Below are positions 26,381-34,613 of a stretch of DNA of 36,039 nucleotides, piece by piece. Below the pieces are notes generated by a model, which was given only the letters and a program-made list of their open reading frames with translations, was not told the origin of the DNA and made no database searches. Source of the DNA: a virus; IMG/VR virus record IMGVR_UViG_3300045988_047146; one strand, written 5' to 3'. The position numbers and the translations under genes were made by a program. Each line of letters opens with the position of its first letter. The first letter of the stretch is position 1.

Positions 26381-26885
26381 AATTGATCACCACCGTTACA
26401 GGGACATTTGCTTCGGGATTGTCTTTGAACATTCCCAGGTGACGACCGCAAAGTTCAAGCGCTTTCAGTTTGTCGCATAGTTTGACTTCACGTTCGATCG
26501 CCTGTTCAATGACAGGATCGCCGTTTTCATCAAAGTCCTTATGTGGGACATATTTGACCTTCATTCCGGCGATAACCGCCAGATCGTCGTCGCTGGTGTC
26601 CGGCTTCACTTCCGCAGTCTGTAAGTCAAGGACGTCCTTCGGATTCACGAAGGCGATTCGTCCCAGTTCCCGAAGAACGCGGTCGGCGTTGATTCCGGTT
26701 CTTTTGGACCTTTCGGCCATTGCGGTTTCTATGCGCGCGCGAATTTCAGGTTTTGTCAAGTTTTCACTTCCGATACTTCCAGCCGATTCGACAGAATATC
26801 CGGCGCGGATCGCGGCCTGGGTCGCGTTCAGGTCGACCAGATATTCTTCACAGAAACGGGCTTGTTTCGGCGTTAGCTTTGCCAT
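26358..26885 (-). CDS. terS: Terminase small subunit
   Basis: 175 aa. N-terminal motif LTPKQARFCEEYLVDLNATQAAIRAGYS typical of the terminase small subunit. Confidence 0.75.
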   Translation of the reverse strand: MAKLTPKQARFCEEYLVDLNATQAAIRAGYSVESAGSIGSENLTKPEIRARIETAMAERSKRTGINADRVLRELGRIAFVNPKDVLDLQTAEVKPDTSDDDLAVIAGMKVKYVPHKDFDENGDPVIEQAIEREVKLCDKLKALELCGRHLGMFKDNPEANVPVTVVINYDYGGED

Positions 26886-27028
26886 GATTCACACCTTCCT
26901 TTCTGATTTTCGGTATTTCCTTTGAATTCGGGTACAAAAAAGACGCTCCCGAAGGAACGTCTTCCTGTACCCTATATCAATAGGAGGGTGGACGCGCAAG
27001 TCCACAATGATGTTATACCATATATTTT

Positions 27029-27078
27029 TCTTGCTGACAGTTGCACATAGTTGCAAGTAGTTGCAAACAGTTGCACAT
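27029..27078. repeat. Five tandem 10-bp repeats AGTTGCA-NNN at the late promoter region
   Basis: The units AGTTGCACAT, AGTTGCAAGT, AGTTGCAAAC, AGTTGCACAT and AGTTGCATAA lie between the activator-like gene and terS. In minus sense they sit just upstream of an extended -10 (TGgTATAAC). Confidence 0.7.
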
Positions 27079-27092
27079 AGTTGCATAAATTT

Positions 27093-27590
27093 TTATTCGT
27101 GGAAGGCTTTTGACCGTTCAGCCCTGGCGAAAAGCCTGTTCAGGGCGATTTCTCTTTGTCGATAGACGGTTGTCCTTTCGACTTGAAGGAATTCGGCCGC
27201 TTCGTCGTATGACCTGTAAGGATAGTACAGGGCAAGAAGGACGCATTTCGAACGGGTGTCCAGGGTATAGACCAGGTTTTGAACCTCTGTGATCTGTTGA
27301 AGCTGGCGTTCCAGATTGCCGATCGCTTCGTTTGCTCTTTGTCTTCTTCGGTCGCGCTTGTCGACCATGCGAACCAGTCTTCCGTCTGGGTCAGGTGAAG
27401 ACTGGACGCGGACGCCGGCGTCGGATAACTGACTGGACGGGTAAGCCGATTCAAGAATGAATTCCAGGTCGGCTTCCAGGGCTTCCTTTTCGGCGGCGAT
27501 CTGTGCTTCTATGACACGCGCTTCCTGATCATGGTTCCGAAGGATTTCCATGACCCTTGTTCTGACTTTGCTTTCTTTGGGTTTGTCCAT
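27093..27590 (-). CDS. Putative late-gene transcriptional activator (ArpU/RinA/sigma-like)
   Basis: 165 aa. The C-terminus (LLALYYPYRSYDEAAEFLQVERTTVYRQREIALNRL) resembles sigma-70 region 4. Sits immediately upstream of the packaging module. Confidence 0.5.
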   Translation of the reverse strand: MDKPKESKVRTRVMEILRNHDQEARVIEAQIAAEKEALEADLEFILESAYPSSQLSDAGVRVQSSPDPDGRLVRMVDKRDRRRQRANEAIGNLERQLQQITEVQNLVYTLDTRSKCVLLALYYPYRSYDEAAEFLQVERTTVYRQREIALNRLFARAERSKAFHE

Positions 27591-27620
27591 GTATCTTCAC
27601 CGCCTTTCCCCAGTCTATTT

Positions 27621-28007
27621 TCAGAACGGAATATCTTCGTCGGTCACTTCGAAGCCTTCGGACGTCATGGCGCTTTCGGCGTAGCTTCCGGCGGCGCTTT
27701 CCTTTTTGGCGTCCGCAAAATAGACAGAATCGGCGACGATTTCGACGGCCTTGTGTTTGCCGCCGTCGTTATCTTCCCAGGATCGTGTCTGTATGCTTCC
27801 GACGATCGCGACGCGCTGGCCTTTGGTGAAGTGCTTCGCGACGAATTCAGCAGTCTGGCGCCACGCGATAATATTGATATAGTCGGCCTTGTCGCGATTG
27901 AAACGGCGGTCGACGGCCAGGGTGAACGACGTGACGGCCGTTCCTTGTGGCGTGTATTTCAGTTCGGGGTCGCGTACCAGGCGCCCCATAAGTTGACACT
28001 GATTCAT
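27621..28007 (-). CDS. ssb: Single-stranded DNA-binding protein
   Basis: OB-fold N-terminus (MGRLVRDPELKYTPQGTAVTSFTLAV) and an acidic C-terminal tail DEDIPF. Confidence 0.9.
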   Translation of the reverse strand: MNQCQLMGRLVRDPELKYTPQGTAVTSFTLAVDRRFNRDKADYINIIAWRQTAEFVAKHFTKGQRVAIVGSIQTRSWEDNDGGKHKAVEIVADSVYFADAKKESAAGSYAESAMTSEGFEVTDEDIPF

Positions 28008-28027
28008 TGTGTTTCCTCCCTTCGGGA

Positions 28028-28432
28028 TCAGAATTTCTTTCCGTGTTTGTACGGGCGGCCTTCATTGTAGGCCATTTTGATTTCGATTACTTCTTCCAGG
28101 TCGATTCCCAGGTGTCCGCAAAGGTCCGCGATCCGGATCACCGCGTCAGCCAGTTCGACGGCCACGCCTTCGGGCTTTCTGCTTCTGTACTTGCAAAGGC
28201 TTTCTTTGCCGTACATAAGACATTCGGTTTCGTCTTGTGGGGTGCAAATAAAGTTGTCGCTTTCGTTACAAGCGAACCAGATGTCGGGGTTCCCGTTGCG
28301 TTCTTCTTCCAGGGCTTCGGAAAGTTCGCTGTGAATCAGTGCGATCGCTGTTCCAAAAGGAAGGGGTGGTTCCCAGAATCCGTGTTTCACGGCGTTTTCA
28401 TGTGCTTTCGCTACAAGTGTTTTGATTTCCAT
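28028..28432 (-). CDS. MazG-like nucleotide pyrophosphohydrolase
   Basis: 134 aa. EL(S/A)EALEE...E(L)ADAVIRIADLCGHLGIDLE motifs of the MazG/NTP-PPase fold. Confidence 0.6.
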   Translation of the reverse strand: MEIKTLVAKAHENAVKHGFWEPPLPFGTAIALIHSELSEALEEERNGNPDIWFACNESDNFICTPQDETECLMYGKESLCKYRSRKPEGVAVELADAVIRIADLCGHLGIDLEEVIEIKMAYNEGRPYKHGKKF

Positions 28433-28438
28433 ATCGTT

Positions 28439-28957
28439 TTACCTCTCTGTATCAGAAATAACTTTGATTCGGATTTCCTGGCGGCCGAAGTGAAGGGCGT
28501 CTTCGTGGTTATTGAAGAATACGTCGATCTTCTGACCGCTTATGGCTCCGCCGCGATCCTGGACGGTTCGTTCGCCTATGCCTTCTATGTAAAGGATAGT
28601 GCCTGGCGAATAGACGGACCAATCGGCCGCGATTGTGACGCCTTCTTCGGCTATGGCTCCGCTGGCCGTGTAGACGATACCGTCAGGGCGGTTCAGCGCC
28701 CATTTCCCACAGCATATTTCACAAGGACAGTAAGCCGTCGCCACGGCGTCGATCCATTCTTCCGGTTGTGTGGTTGGTTCATTTTCTGCAATGGCCACAG
28801 ACGGCGCCAGAATGGCCGTGGTTTCGTTTAATTCTTCCGGTAGGATAATTCCTTCGGCGACTGCTTTATCGTCAGCCAGGGCGAAGGACGCGCCCACCAG
28901 GACCATTCCCAGGGTGATTGTAAACAGTCCGATCTTGAACCTTTTCAGTCTTGTCAT
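28439..28957 (-). CDS. Secreted or membrane-anchored 3D-domain protein (MltA-like fold)
   Basis: N-terminal signal/transmembrane segment, then the 3D-domain residues ATAYCPCEICCG...DRGGAI.G.KIDVFF. Confidence 0.6.
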   Translation of the reverse strand: MTRLKRFKIGLFTITLGMVLVGASFALADDKAVAEGIILPEELNETTAILAPSVAIAENEPTTQPEEWIDAVATAYCPCEICCGKWALNRPDGIVYTASGAIAEEGVTIAADWSVYSPGTILYIEGIGERTVQDRGGAISGQKIDVFFNNHEDALHFGRQEIRIKVISDTER

Positions 28958-29502
28958 TCGTTTTCACCGCCTTCCACTTCGTCGCCCCAGGAATCCCAGC
29001 CAGGGGCGGTCTTTCTTGCAAATAGTTCGATCATTGATCCCCCCCCCGCAAGCTGAACGATCCTGTCACGGGTTTCGGCCGGCTTTTCACTGTGACGGCC
29101 GATCGGGGCGTCGATTATGCTATGGACTGACGCTGACGCGCGCTTCGGTTTGCCTTTTGTGGCCAGAAGACAGATTTCCGCGTTTGCGCGTGTCCAGTTC
29201 CCCAGGCCCCAGAACCAGGAAGGCGATTTTCGGTTTCGCTTCACCCAGACGAAGGCGGCTGTTTTGTACTGGAAGCCCCAGCGCCGGATCGTTTCAAGGG
29301 CAACGTCCAGGTTCGGGAATGTGGCCCACAGAAATAGAAGACAGTCGTCTTCGGCTATATCCTGAACCGGAAGGGAATAGATGTCTTCCGGCTTCATTGT
29401 GCGATAGTGCCTTTCGACGTTTCGCGTCTTTCCACCGGCCGCGTAGTTCCACGGCGGATCGGCGTATATTACCGAATATTTCTTTTCCGGAAATGGTATC
29501 AT
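28954..29502 (-). CDS. DNA N6-adenine methyltransferase (MT-A70/Dam-like)
   Basis: DPPW motif (IYADPPWNY). Contains a G9 coding-strand homopolymer (plus-strand C9 at 29038-29046). Confidence 0.8.
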   Translation of the reverse strand: MIPFPEKKYSVIYADPPWNYAAGGKTRNVERHYRTMKPEDIYSLPVQDIAEDDCLLFLWATFPNLDVALETIRRWGFQYKTAAFVWVKRNRKSPSWFWGLGNWTRANAEICLLATKGKPKRASASVHSIIDAPIGRHSEKPAETRDRIVQLAGGGSMIELFARKTAPGWDSWGDEVEGGENE

Positions 29503-29729
29503 TCGGAATCACCTTCTTCCGGAATTGCTTCGAAGCAGTCACAGCGGACGACACGATCGTCGTCAGCGTGAATCGGGGAAGGAAGGCCGGCGTCGGTCCG
29601 TTCTATGAATTTTATACAATAGTCACCGTCGCGGCGCTTCGCCTTGTCCTTGATGTATTGAATATGACGGCATTTCTTACACGAAAAGTCATATTTCCAC
29701 TTCGGAAGGTTTGATTTTTTCTTCTTCAT
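29499..29729 (-). CDS. Small zinc-finger-like protein
   Basis: 76 aa with CKKC...C.C Cys pairs. Confidence 0.4.
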   Translation of the reverse strand: MKKKKSNLPKWKYDFSCKKCRHIQYIKDKAKRRDGDYCIKFIERTDAGLPSPIHADDDRVVRCDCFEAIPEEGDSE

Positions 29730-30101
29730 TCAGGCCACCGCCTTTTCTGCTTCTTCCAGGGTAAGGAATACGCTTCGGCCTATGTCGTTTTCGGTGAACT
29801 GGTACGTCTGGAAGTTCGCCTTTATATTTCCGCGAAGCACGTTGAAGAAGAAAAGTCTGTCGGCGTTGATTCCGATAAAAATGACCTTTGCTTTCACAGG
29901 TTTTCGGCGGTATATGACATAGACGTCACCGTCCAGGACTACCGGCGGAAGTAAACCGCCGGCAGCCTTAAAATCGGCCAGAAGGTCGCGCGCCAGGAAG
30001 TCCATGACGCCTTTTCCGATTTCGTATGTGTGCCGGTGTTCGTTGGCGTGATATGCGATCCTGGCTTTTATGCGGTCCATTATGGCGTTCTCGTTTTTCA
30101 T
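29730..30101 (-). CDS. Hypothetical early protein
   Basis: 123 aa, translationally coupled to neighbouring ORFs. Confidence 0.4.
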   Translation of the reverse strand: MKNENAIMDRIKARIAYHANEHRHTYEIGKGVMDFLARDLLADFKAAGGLLPPVVLDGDVYVIYRRKPVKAKVIFIGINADRLFFFNVLRGNIKANFQTYQFTENDIGRSVFLTLEEAEKAVA

Positions 30102-30367
30102 TACGACACCGCCTTTCTGGCGGCCAGGTTTTCCGCTGACCGTTGGTCACAGTAAGCAGAAAAGGCCATTTCGCGGATCACGTCGGGGATCAGAAGTGAA
30201 AGGTATTCGTCGCCGTAGCCGTCTTCGCCCCAGGCGCGGCCGGCGCTTTTGTTGGCGACTTCCAGTTTTCTTCTAGCGTAATGCTCTAAGTATCCGAACA
30301 GGTCTTCGTCGATTTCGAAGCCCATTTCTTTTTCGACTTCCAGTTGAAGGGCGGATTTGTTACCCAT
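30101..30367 (-). CDS. Hypothetical early protein
   Basis: 88 aa ORF. Confidence 0.35.
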   Translation of the reverse strand: MGNKSALQLEVEKEMGFEIDEDLFGYLEHYARRKLEVANKSAGRAWGEDGYGDEYLSLLIPDVIREMAFSAYCDQRSAENLAARKAVS

Positions 30368-30590
30368 TGTTTCGACCTCCTTTCAGGCTGTCCGGCATTT
30401 TGGACGGAAGGTCCGCCTGGTGGATCAGGACAAGGTCGCTTCTATCCACCAGGGAACCGTCGTGAAAGTGCGCGAAGGCGCCACTGTTCAGGTTGACCGC
30501 TGTGTTCGGCTTCGTGGTCTTGATCAGGGCTTGTCCCTGATGTTCGAAGACGTCGCCGGCGGCGCATTGCTTAAAAGTCGTCTTCTTCAT
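30360..30590 (-). CDS. Hypothetical small protein (start re-set to MKKTTF)
   Basis: The longer ORF begins MATMAFGR inside VR2 in a different frame, which is a repeat artefact. The internal ATG at 30590 lies just after the stop of DGR target 2. Confidence 0.3.
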   Translation of the reverse strand: MKKTTFKQCAAGDVFEHQGQALIKTTKPNTAVNLNSGAFAHFHDGSLVDRSDLVLIHQADLPSKMPDSLKGGRNNG

Positions 30591-31272
30591 CGTTGTCACC
30601 GTCTTCCTGGCCTTCGGCGATTCTGCGAAGGACTTCTTCGACAAGCTGTTTCGAAGTGAATTCGGCCAACAGGGCGGAAGTGGAAAGTTCAACCTGGTCT
30701 GGCTCCACGGATAACGTGATCCCAGATTCCACGAAGAAAGCCGGCCGAACGCCATAGTTGCCACTGTACGCGTGGCCGTTGTTCAGACTGCCGCCCGTGT
30801 AGACAGAGCGCGCATAGTACGCGTAGCCGGCGTACGGGGTGATCAGCCACCACCAGTCGTCAAGTTCAAGTAGATCCTGATCGGCGTATTTCTCATACAT
30901 GGTTTGCGTCAGAAGCGCGATCTTTGCCTGAATAATTCCGTAACCTTCGCCGCCCTCATGGTCAGCCAGGGACCAGTCGGCCGTCAAGATGTCCTTTGAA
31001 CGGATAGGGCCTTCGGCCTGGTCGAATGTAGCCAGGAATTCGGTATTCAGTTCACGGTTAAGGTTTGAGAAGCGCCAGTCGTTCGGATTTGCGGCCGGCT
31101 TTTCCGGTCTGGTCTTGAACGGCTGATCCGCGAAGTGGCGGTCAGCGATACAGGTATCGGCGATCAGAAGGGTTCTTCCGTCGGCAAAGTGTTCCAGGAC
31201 GCGGACGTCAATCGGTCCGGCGTTGAATACGGTTCCAGGTGCAAGGTCTTTCAATTTTGCGCGTACAGTCAT
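30571..31272 (-). CDS. DGR target 2: standalone paralogue of the target-1 N-terminal domain, carrying VR2
   Basis: 233 aa. Same architecture as target 1 aa 1-255 (KLKDLAPGTVF..., NLNRELNTEFL..., WWWLITPYAGYAYYARSVYTGGSLNNGHAYSGNYGVRPAF). Acidic tail EDGDNDEEDDF. Confidence 0.8.
   Translation of the reverse strand: MTVRAKLKDLAPGTVFNAGPIDVRVLEHFADGRTLLIADTCIADRHFADQPFKTRPEKPAANPNDWRFSNLNRELNTEFLATFDQAEGPIRSKDILTADWSLADHEGGEGYGIIQAKIALLTQTMYEKYADQDLLELDDWWWLITPYAGYAYYARSVYTGGSLNNGHAYSGNYGVRPAFFVESGITLSVEPDQVELSTSALLAEFTSKQLVEEVLRRIAEGQEDGDNDEEDDF
30737..30840 (-). repeat. DGR variable repeat VR2 (remote)
   Basis: 104 bp, ungapped against the TR, with 12 mismatches. All mismatches fall at TR coding-strand adenines. 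Lies 22.8 kb from the TR. Confidence 0.85.
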
Positions 31273-31682
31273 TTTTTGTTTCCTCCTTCAAATTCTTCGA
31301 TTATGACTTCGACACGGGGGTTCTTCGGGTCCACAGCGAAGTCATCGGTAAAGTGTTCAATGTGTTTCCAGCCGTCATTTTGAAGAACGCCGGCATGGAC
31401 AAGGCTGTCCTGAATGAACTTCTTCGCAAAAGCGATATTGTCTTTATCTCTCCGGCGGTTCGGTTCGATCCAGGTGTAATGTATCACCACGGGACGGGTG
31501 AAGCGGACGCCGCGAAGCTGGGTTTTGATCATGTAGCCGATTACGTTTTCAGCCTGTTTCTTCATGGCGGCGGCCTTGTATTTGCCTTTGGCGCCGCGTT
31601 CAGCGTCCACATATTCGTTCAGTCCTGGCAGAAGGCCAGGGATTGTCAGTTTATAGTGTTTCACTCTGTCACGTCCTTTCAA
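31269..31682 (-). CDS. rusA: RusA-family Holliday junction resolvase
   Basis: 137 aa, with the size and conserved acidic/basic pattern of RusA. Confidence 0.65.
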   Translation of the reverse strand: MKGRDRVKHYKLTIPGLLPGLNEYVDAERGAKGKYKAAAMKKQAENVIGYMIKTQLRGVRFTRPVVIHYTWIEPNRRRDKDNIAFAKKFIQDSLVHAGVLQNDGWKHIEHFTDDFAVDPKNPRVEVIIEEFEGGNKK

Positions 31683-32529
31683 GCCCCAGAAGGCGCTTCG
31701 CCTTGTCGCGGCGTTCTTGTGCGTTCTGGGTTCTTCTGGAATCTCCGGCCAGTTTCAGCCTGATCGGACACATTTCCAGAATTCGGTCATAAATTCGGGA
31801 ATATCCCAGGGACGACGGGTTTTGAAGGTCGGCCAGGGAAAGGTTTGTCGTGACGATCAAGGGCTTTCCGGTGCGGCTTCTGGCGTCTATGACGTTGAAG
31901 ACCTGTTCCACGGAATAGGACGTGTCCCTTTCGACGCCCAGGTCGTCGATGACAAGAAGGTCATATCGGGACAGCTTGTCCAGGAATTCCTGTTTATCTT
32001 CGCCGAAGCCTTGAAGTTTGTTCAGGATTCGGGGAAAGTTCGTCACGCTGGCGCGGACCTGTTTGTCGATCAAGGCGTTTGCTATGCAACAGGCCAGGAA
32101 TGACTTTCCGGTCCCGACGCCGCCATAAAACAGGATTCCGATATTGTCGGCCTTCATTTCCGGCCAGTGTTCCACATAGCGGCGGCACACGTCGGAAATT
32201 CTGGCGTTGCGGTTGTCGTCCTGGGTGAAGTTCTGGGACAGGTACGACGGATCAGTGATCCCGTCTTTGCGAAGCCGTTCGCATTGCTTCCGGAATTCGG
32301 CGGCCTTTTCTTCGGCTTCACGTTGGCGGCTGGCTTCTGATTCGCACTTGCACAGGTGCGGAACGCGAAGCGTTTTTTCGCCGATCGTGATGTCGCCTTC
32401 TTTCCTGGTGTGGCATTTGCCACAGCACAGGAAGCCTTCTTCGTCGCGGTAGTCGCCTTCGGCGCCATTGTTCGCCCTACCTCTGGCGGCGATACCTTCG
32501 ACAGCGGCCGTCCAGATGTTGTCGGCCAT
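31669..32529 (-). CDS. DnaC/IstB-like AAA+ helicase loader
   Basis: Walker A motif GGVGTGKS, Walker B motif LLVIDDLG, and an N-terminal Cys-rich zinc-binding segment. Confidence 0.75.
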   Translation of the reverse strand: MADNIWTAAVEGIAARGRANNGAEGDYRDEEGFLCCGKCHTRKEGDITIGEKTLRVPHLCKCESEASRQREAEEKAAEFRKQCERLRKDGITDPSYLSQNFTQDDNRNARISDVCRRYVEHWPEMKADNIGILFYGGVGTGKSFLACCIANALIDKQVRASVTNFPRILNKLQGFGEDKQEFLDKLSRYDLLVIDDLGVERDTSYSVEQVFNVIDARSRTGKPLIVTTNLSLADLQNPSSLGYSRIYDRILEMCPIRLKLAGDSRRTQNAQERRDKAKRLLGLERT

Positions 32530-32531
32530 GA

Positions 32532-33320
32532 TTATTCACCGTCGTCCAGGAAGTCTTCGCCGTCGTCGTAGTTCTTGACGGTGGCCGGCTTCGGGGACGG
32601 TATGACTTCGGCGCGGTCATATTCGTTCCAGCGTTCACCGCGAAGGAATGTCGCCGGATATGGAATAAAGCGGCCGTCGTCCTTTGTCCACTGTTCAGAA
32701 CGCTTCCAGCGCTCCACACCCTGGACGATCTGGTTTGTCAAGTCTGGGTTAGGGCGAATTTGATTCCAGACCTTCACGGCGTCTTTCTTGCCGACTTTTC
32801 GTGGATAGACTGACCAGAACTGGTCAAAAGTGTCGTCCACTCCGGCGCCGCGTTGCGCCGATACTCGTTTTCGTTTCTCGTTTACGTTTTCGAATACGTT
32901 TTCGTTTACGTTTACGGAAGAATCTGCTTGCATTTGCGCGCAAGTGTCAGAATTGTCACTTGATACCCCTTGACTGCAAGTGTTATCAAATTCTTGCGGT
33001 AGTGGGTATTTGGGTTTTGTTGCGCGCCTGTTCTGGTGTTTGTCCCAGGACAGAAGTTTCAGGTATTGCCGACCGTCTTCGGCTCTGTATGTAGCCACAA
33101 GGCCACCGTTCACAAGTTCAGCCAGCCAGGAAGACACCTTCTTTTCGGTCGGTACGTTCAGCGGAAAGAGAAGGGAAGCAAGGATTTTCGGGCTTCCGTA
33201 GTACAGGCCGAAGTCGTCCGCTTTTACGATCAGACGATAGAACAGGACTTCGGCTTCCGCCGATAAGTACGCCAGACTTTCAGACGTACATATTGATTCT
33301 TTCAAAATGCGGCTGGGCAT
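32532..33320 (-). CDS. Replisome organizer / replication initiator (DnaD-like C-terminus)
   Basis: 262 aa, upstream of the DnaC-like gene. Contains internal iteron-like repeats. Confidence 0.55.
   Translation of the reverse strand: MPSRILKESICTSESLAYLSAEAEVLFYRLIVKADDFGLYYGSPKILASLLFPLNVPTEKKVSSWLAELVNGGLVATYRAEDGRQYLKLLSWDKHQNRRATKPKYPLPQEFDNTCSQGVSSDNSDTCAQMQADSSVNVNENVFENVNEKRKRVSAQRGAGVDDTFDQFWSVYPRKVGKKDAVKVWNQIRPNPDLTNQIVQGVERWKRSEQWTKDDGRFIPYPATFLRGERWNEYDRAEVIPSPKPATVKNYDDGEDFLDDGE
32863..32917. repeat. Iteron-like short tandem repeats (candidate phage origin of replication) inside the initiator gene
   Basis: Seven copies of CGTTT(T) at 6-7 bp spacing, encoding NVNENVFENVNEK. Followed by a 10-bp palindrome TTGCGCGCAA. 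Confidence 0.5.
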
Positions 33321-33335
33321 TTATGACACCACCTT

Positions 33336-34106
33336 TCACGCGTTTTTCTGACAGGCGCGGCACATTTCACGGCCGAATTTGTTCATGGAATAGCGGCGTT
33401 CAGCTTCGCTGATAGGGCCGCCGCACACGGGACACGCGGCGCCGCCTGTCTGGGCGCTGTTTTGCGGTTGTGGTGCGGTTCTTTGCTGTTGGTTGGTAGA
33501 TTGTCCACCCTGGGCGTTCTGCCCGTTCGTGGCGCTCTGTGTGGCTTGTGGCGCCGGTGCGTGTCCGTTCATATTGAAGCGGACTTTATTGTTCCGGTCG
33601 ACGATTACCAGGTCACAGATTTCGCGGCGTTCGTTATAGGCGATCTTCGATACCTTGAACTTCGTACTGGCGTAGCACTTGAAGACTTCCTTCTGGCCCT
33701 GGCGTTCGGGATAGAATTCACCGTCAGCCAGTTCGACATAAATGAAAGGGCCTGTATAAAGTTCGCGGCCGATCCCGACGTTGAAGCCGGCACGTTTGAA
33801 GCTGTCGGACGCCTGGCCTTTTTCCTTTTCGGTGTTGCTCTCTGTTCCGACGTCCTGTTTTCTGACCCAGGTCTTTTTTTCGTCGTCCCAGATGTCGATA
33901 TTACAGAACAGGTTTCCATTGATTACTTCGTGGGTTCTCTGCCAGTTGCCAGGCCCGAAGACCTGGTCCAGGATTCGCATATCGACGCGCGCGTCCTTGT
34001 AAAGCAGAAGGACGGCGCCGACGCGGCCGGTCTTTGCTTTGCTGACCGACTGAACGCGACAGTCAATGTCTTGTTCGGTAAGAAGGGGAATCGAAAGTTC
34101 TTTCAT
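33336..34106 (-). CDS. Rad52/Sak-family single-strand annealing protein with a C-terminal zinc ribbon
   Basis: 256 aa. DSFKRAGFNVGIGRELY motif, a Gln/Pro-rich linker and CPVCGG...CRAC. Confidence 0.6.
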   Translation of the reverse strand: MKELSIPLLTEQDIDCRVQSVSKAKTGRVGAVLLLYKDARVDMRILDQVFGPGNWQRTHEVINGNLFCNIDIWDDEKKTWVRKQDVGTESNTEKEKGQASDSFKRAGFNVGIGRELYTGPFIYVELADGEFYPERQGQKEVFKCYASTKFKVSKIAYNERREICDLVIVDRNNKVRFNMNGHAPAPQATQSATNGQNAQGGQSTNQQQRTAPQPQNSAQTGGAACPVCGGPISEAERRYSMNKFGREMCRACQKNA

Positions 34107-34118
34107 TGCGGTTCCTCC

Positions 34119-34613
34119 TTATTTGATTTGAAGGTTTCGGTTCTCCACAAGGGAAGCGCCGGACACTTCCTGGCCGGACTGGATCGCCTTCTTGATCGCG
34201 GTCTTGTCCGGTTTCGTTGTAACGGTTTCAACAACGAAGTCAGCCGGAAGGGCTTTTTCGTCGTCAATGCTTACGGCCACAGACTTTCGGAAGGAAACGC
34301 GAACCTTTGTGGTTTCGACCTTGTCACGGCCGGCGGCGTCCAGACACGCGGTCAGGACATTCTTCAAATAGTCGATTCGCTTTTCGGTCTGCTTGCGGCG
34401 CTTTGCCAGGTTGGCTTCTTCGGCTTTCAGGTCGCCGATAAAGACTTCGGAATTCTTGATGTAGCAAGCGACAGCTTCGCTTTTTTCTTCGAAGGCTCCG
34501 GACAGTTCGTCCAGTTCTTCGGCGTTCAGGATTTCGCCGGTTTCTTCGTCGATTTCCAGGTTGTCAAGGACCTTCAAATACTTGTCAGTGATTTCGTACA
34601 GGGTGTTATTCAT
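34119..34613 (-). CDS. Siphovirus Gp157-family protein
   Basis: Start re-set to the ATG at 34613 (MNNTLYEIT) with ribosome-binding site GGAAGGAGG. A coiled-coil protein next to the recombinase. Confidence 0.5.
   Translation of the reverse strand: MNNTLYEITDKYLKVLDNLEIDEETGEILNAEELDELSGAFEEKSEAVACYIKNSEVFIGDLKAEEANLAKRRKQTEKRIDYLKNVLTACLDAAGRDKVETTKVRVSFRKSVAVSIDDEKALPADFVVETVTTKPDKTAIKKAIQSGQEVSGASLVENRNLQIK

Noticed and set aside
26950-26985. Hairpin plus T-run between the ArpU-like gene and terS, as a simple terminator
   Set aside because: It sits inside the leader of the packaging operon, downstream of the putative late promoter. It is more likely an attenuator or RNA structure than an operon-ending terminator, so it is mentioned only in a finding.
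5941-30840. The three copies of the 104-bp repeat as a possible CRISPR array or IS fragment
   Set aside because: The copies are 2 kb and 23 kb apart with no regular spacers. Two lie in-frame inside protein-coding genes. Their differences are confined to adenine positions of one copy, which indicates a DGR rather than a CRISPR array or IS.
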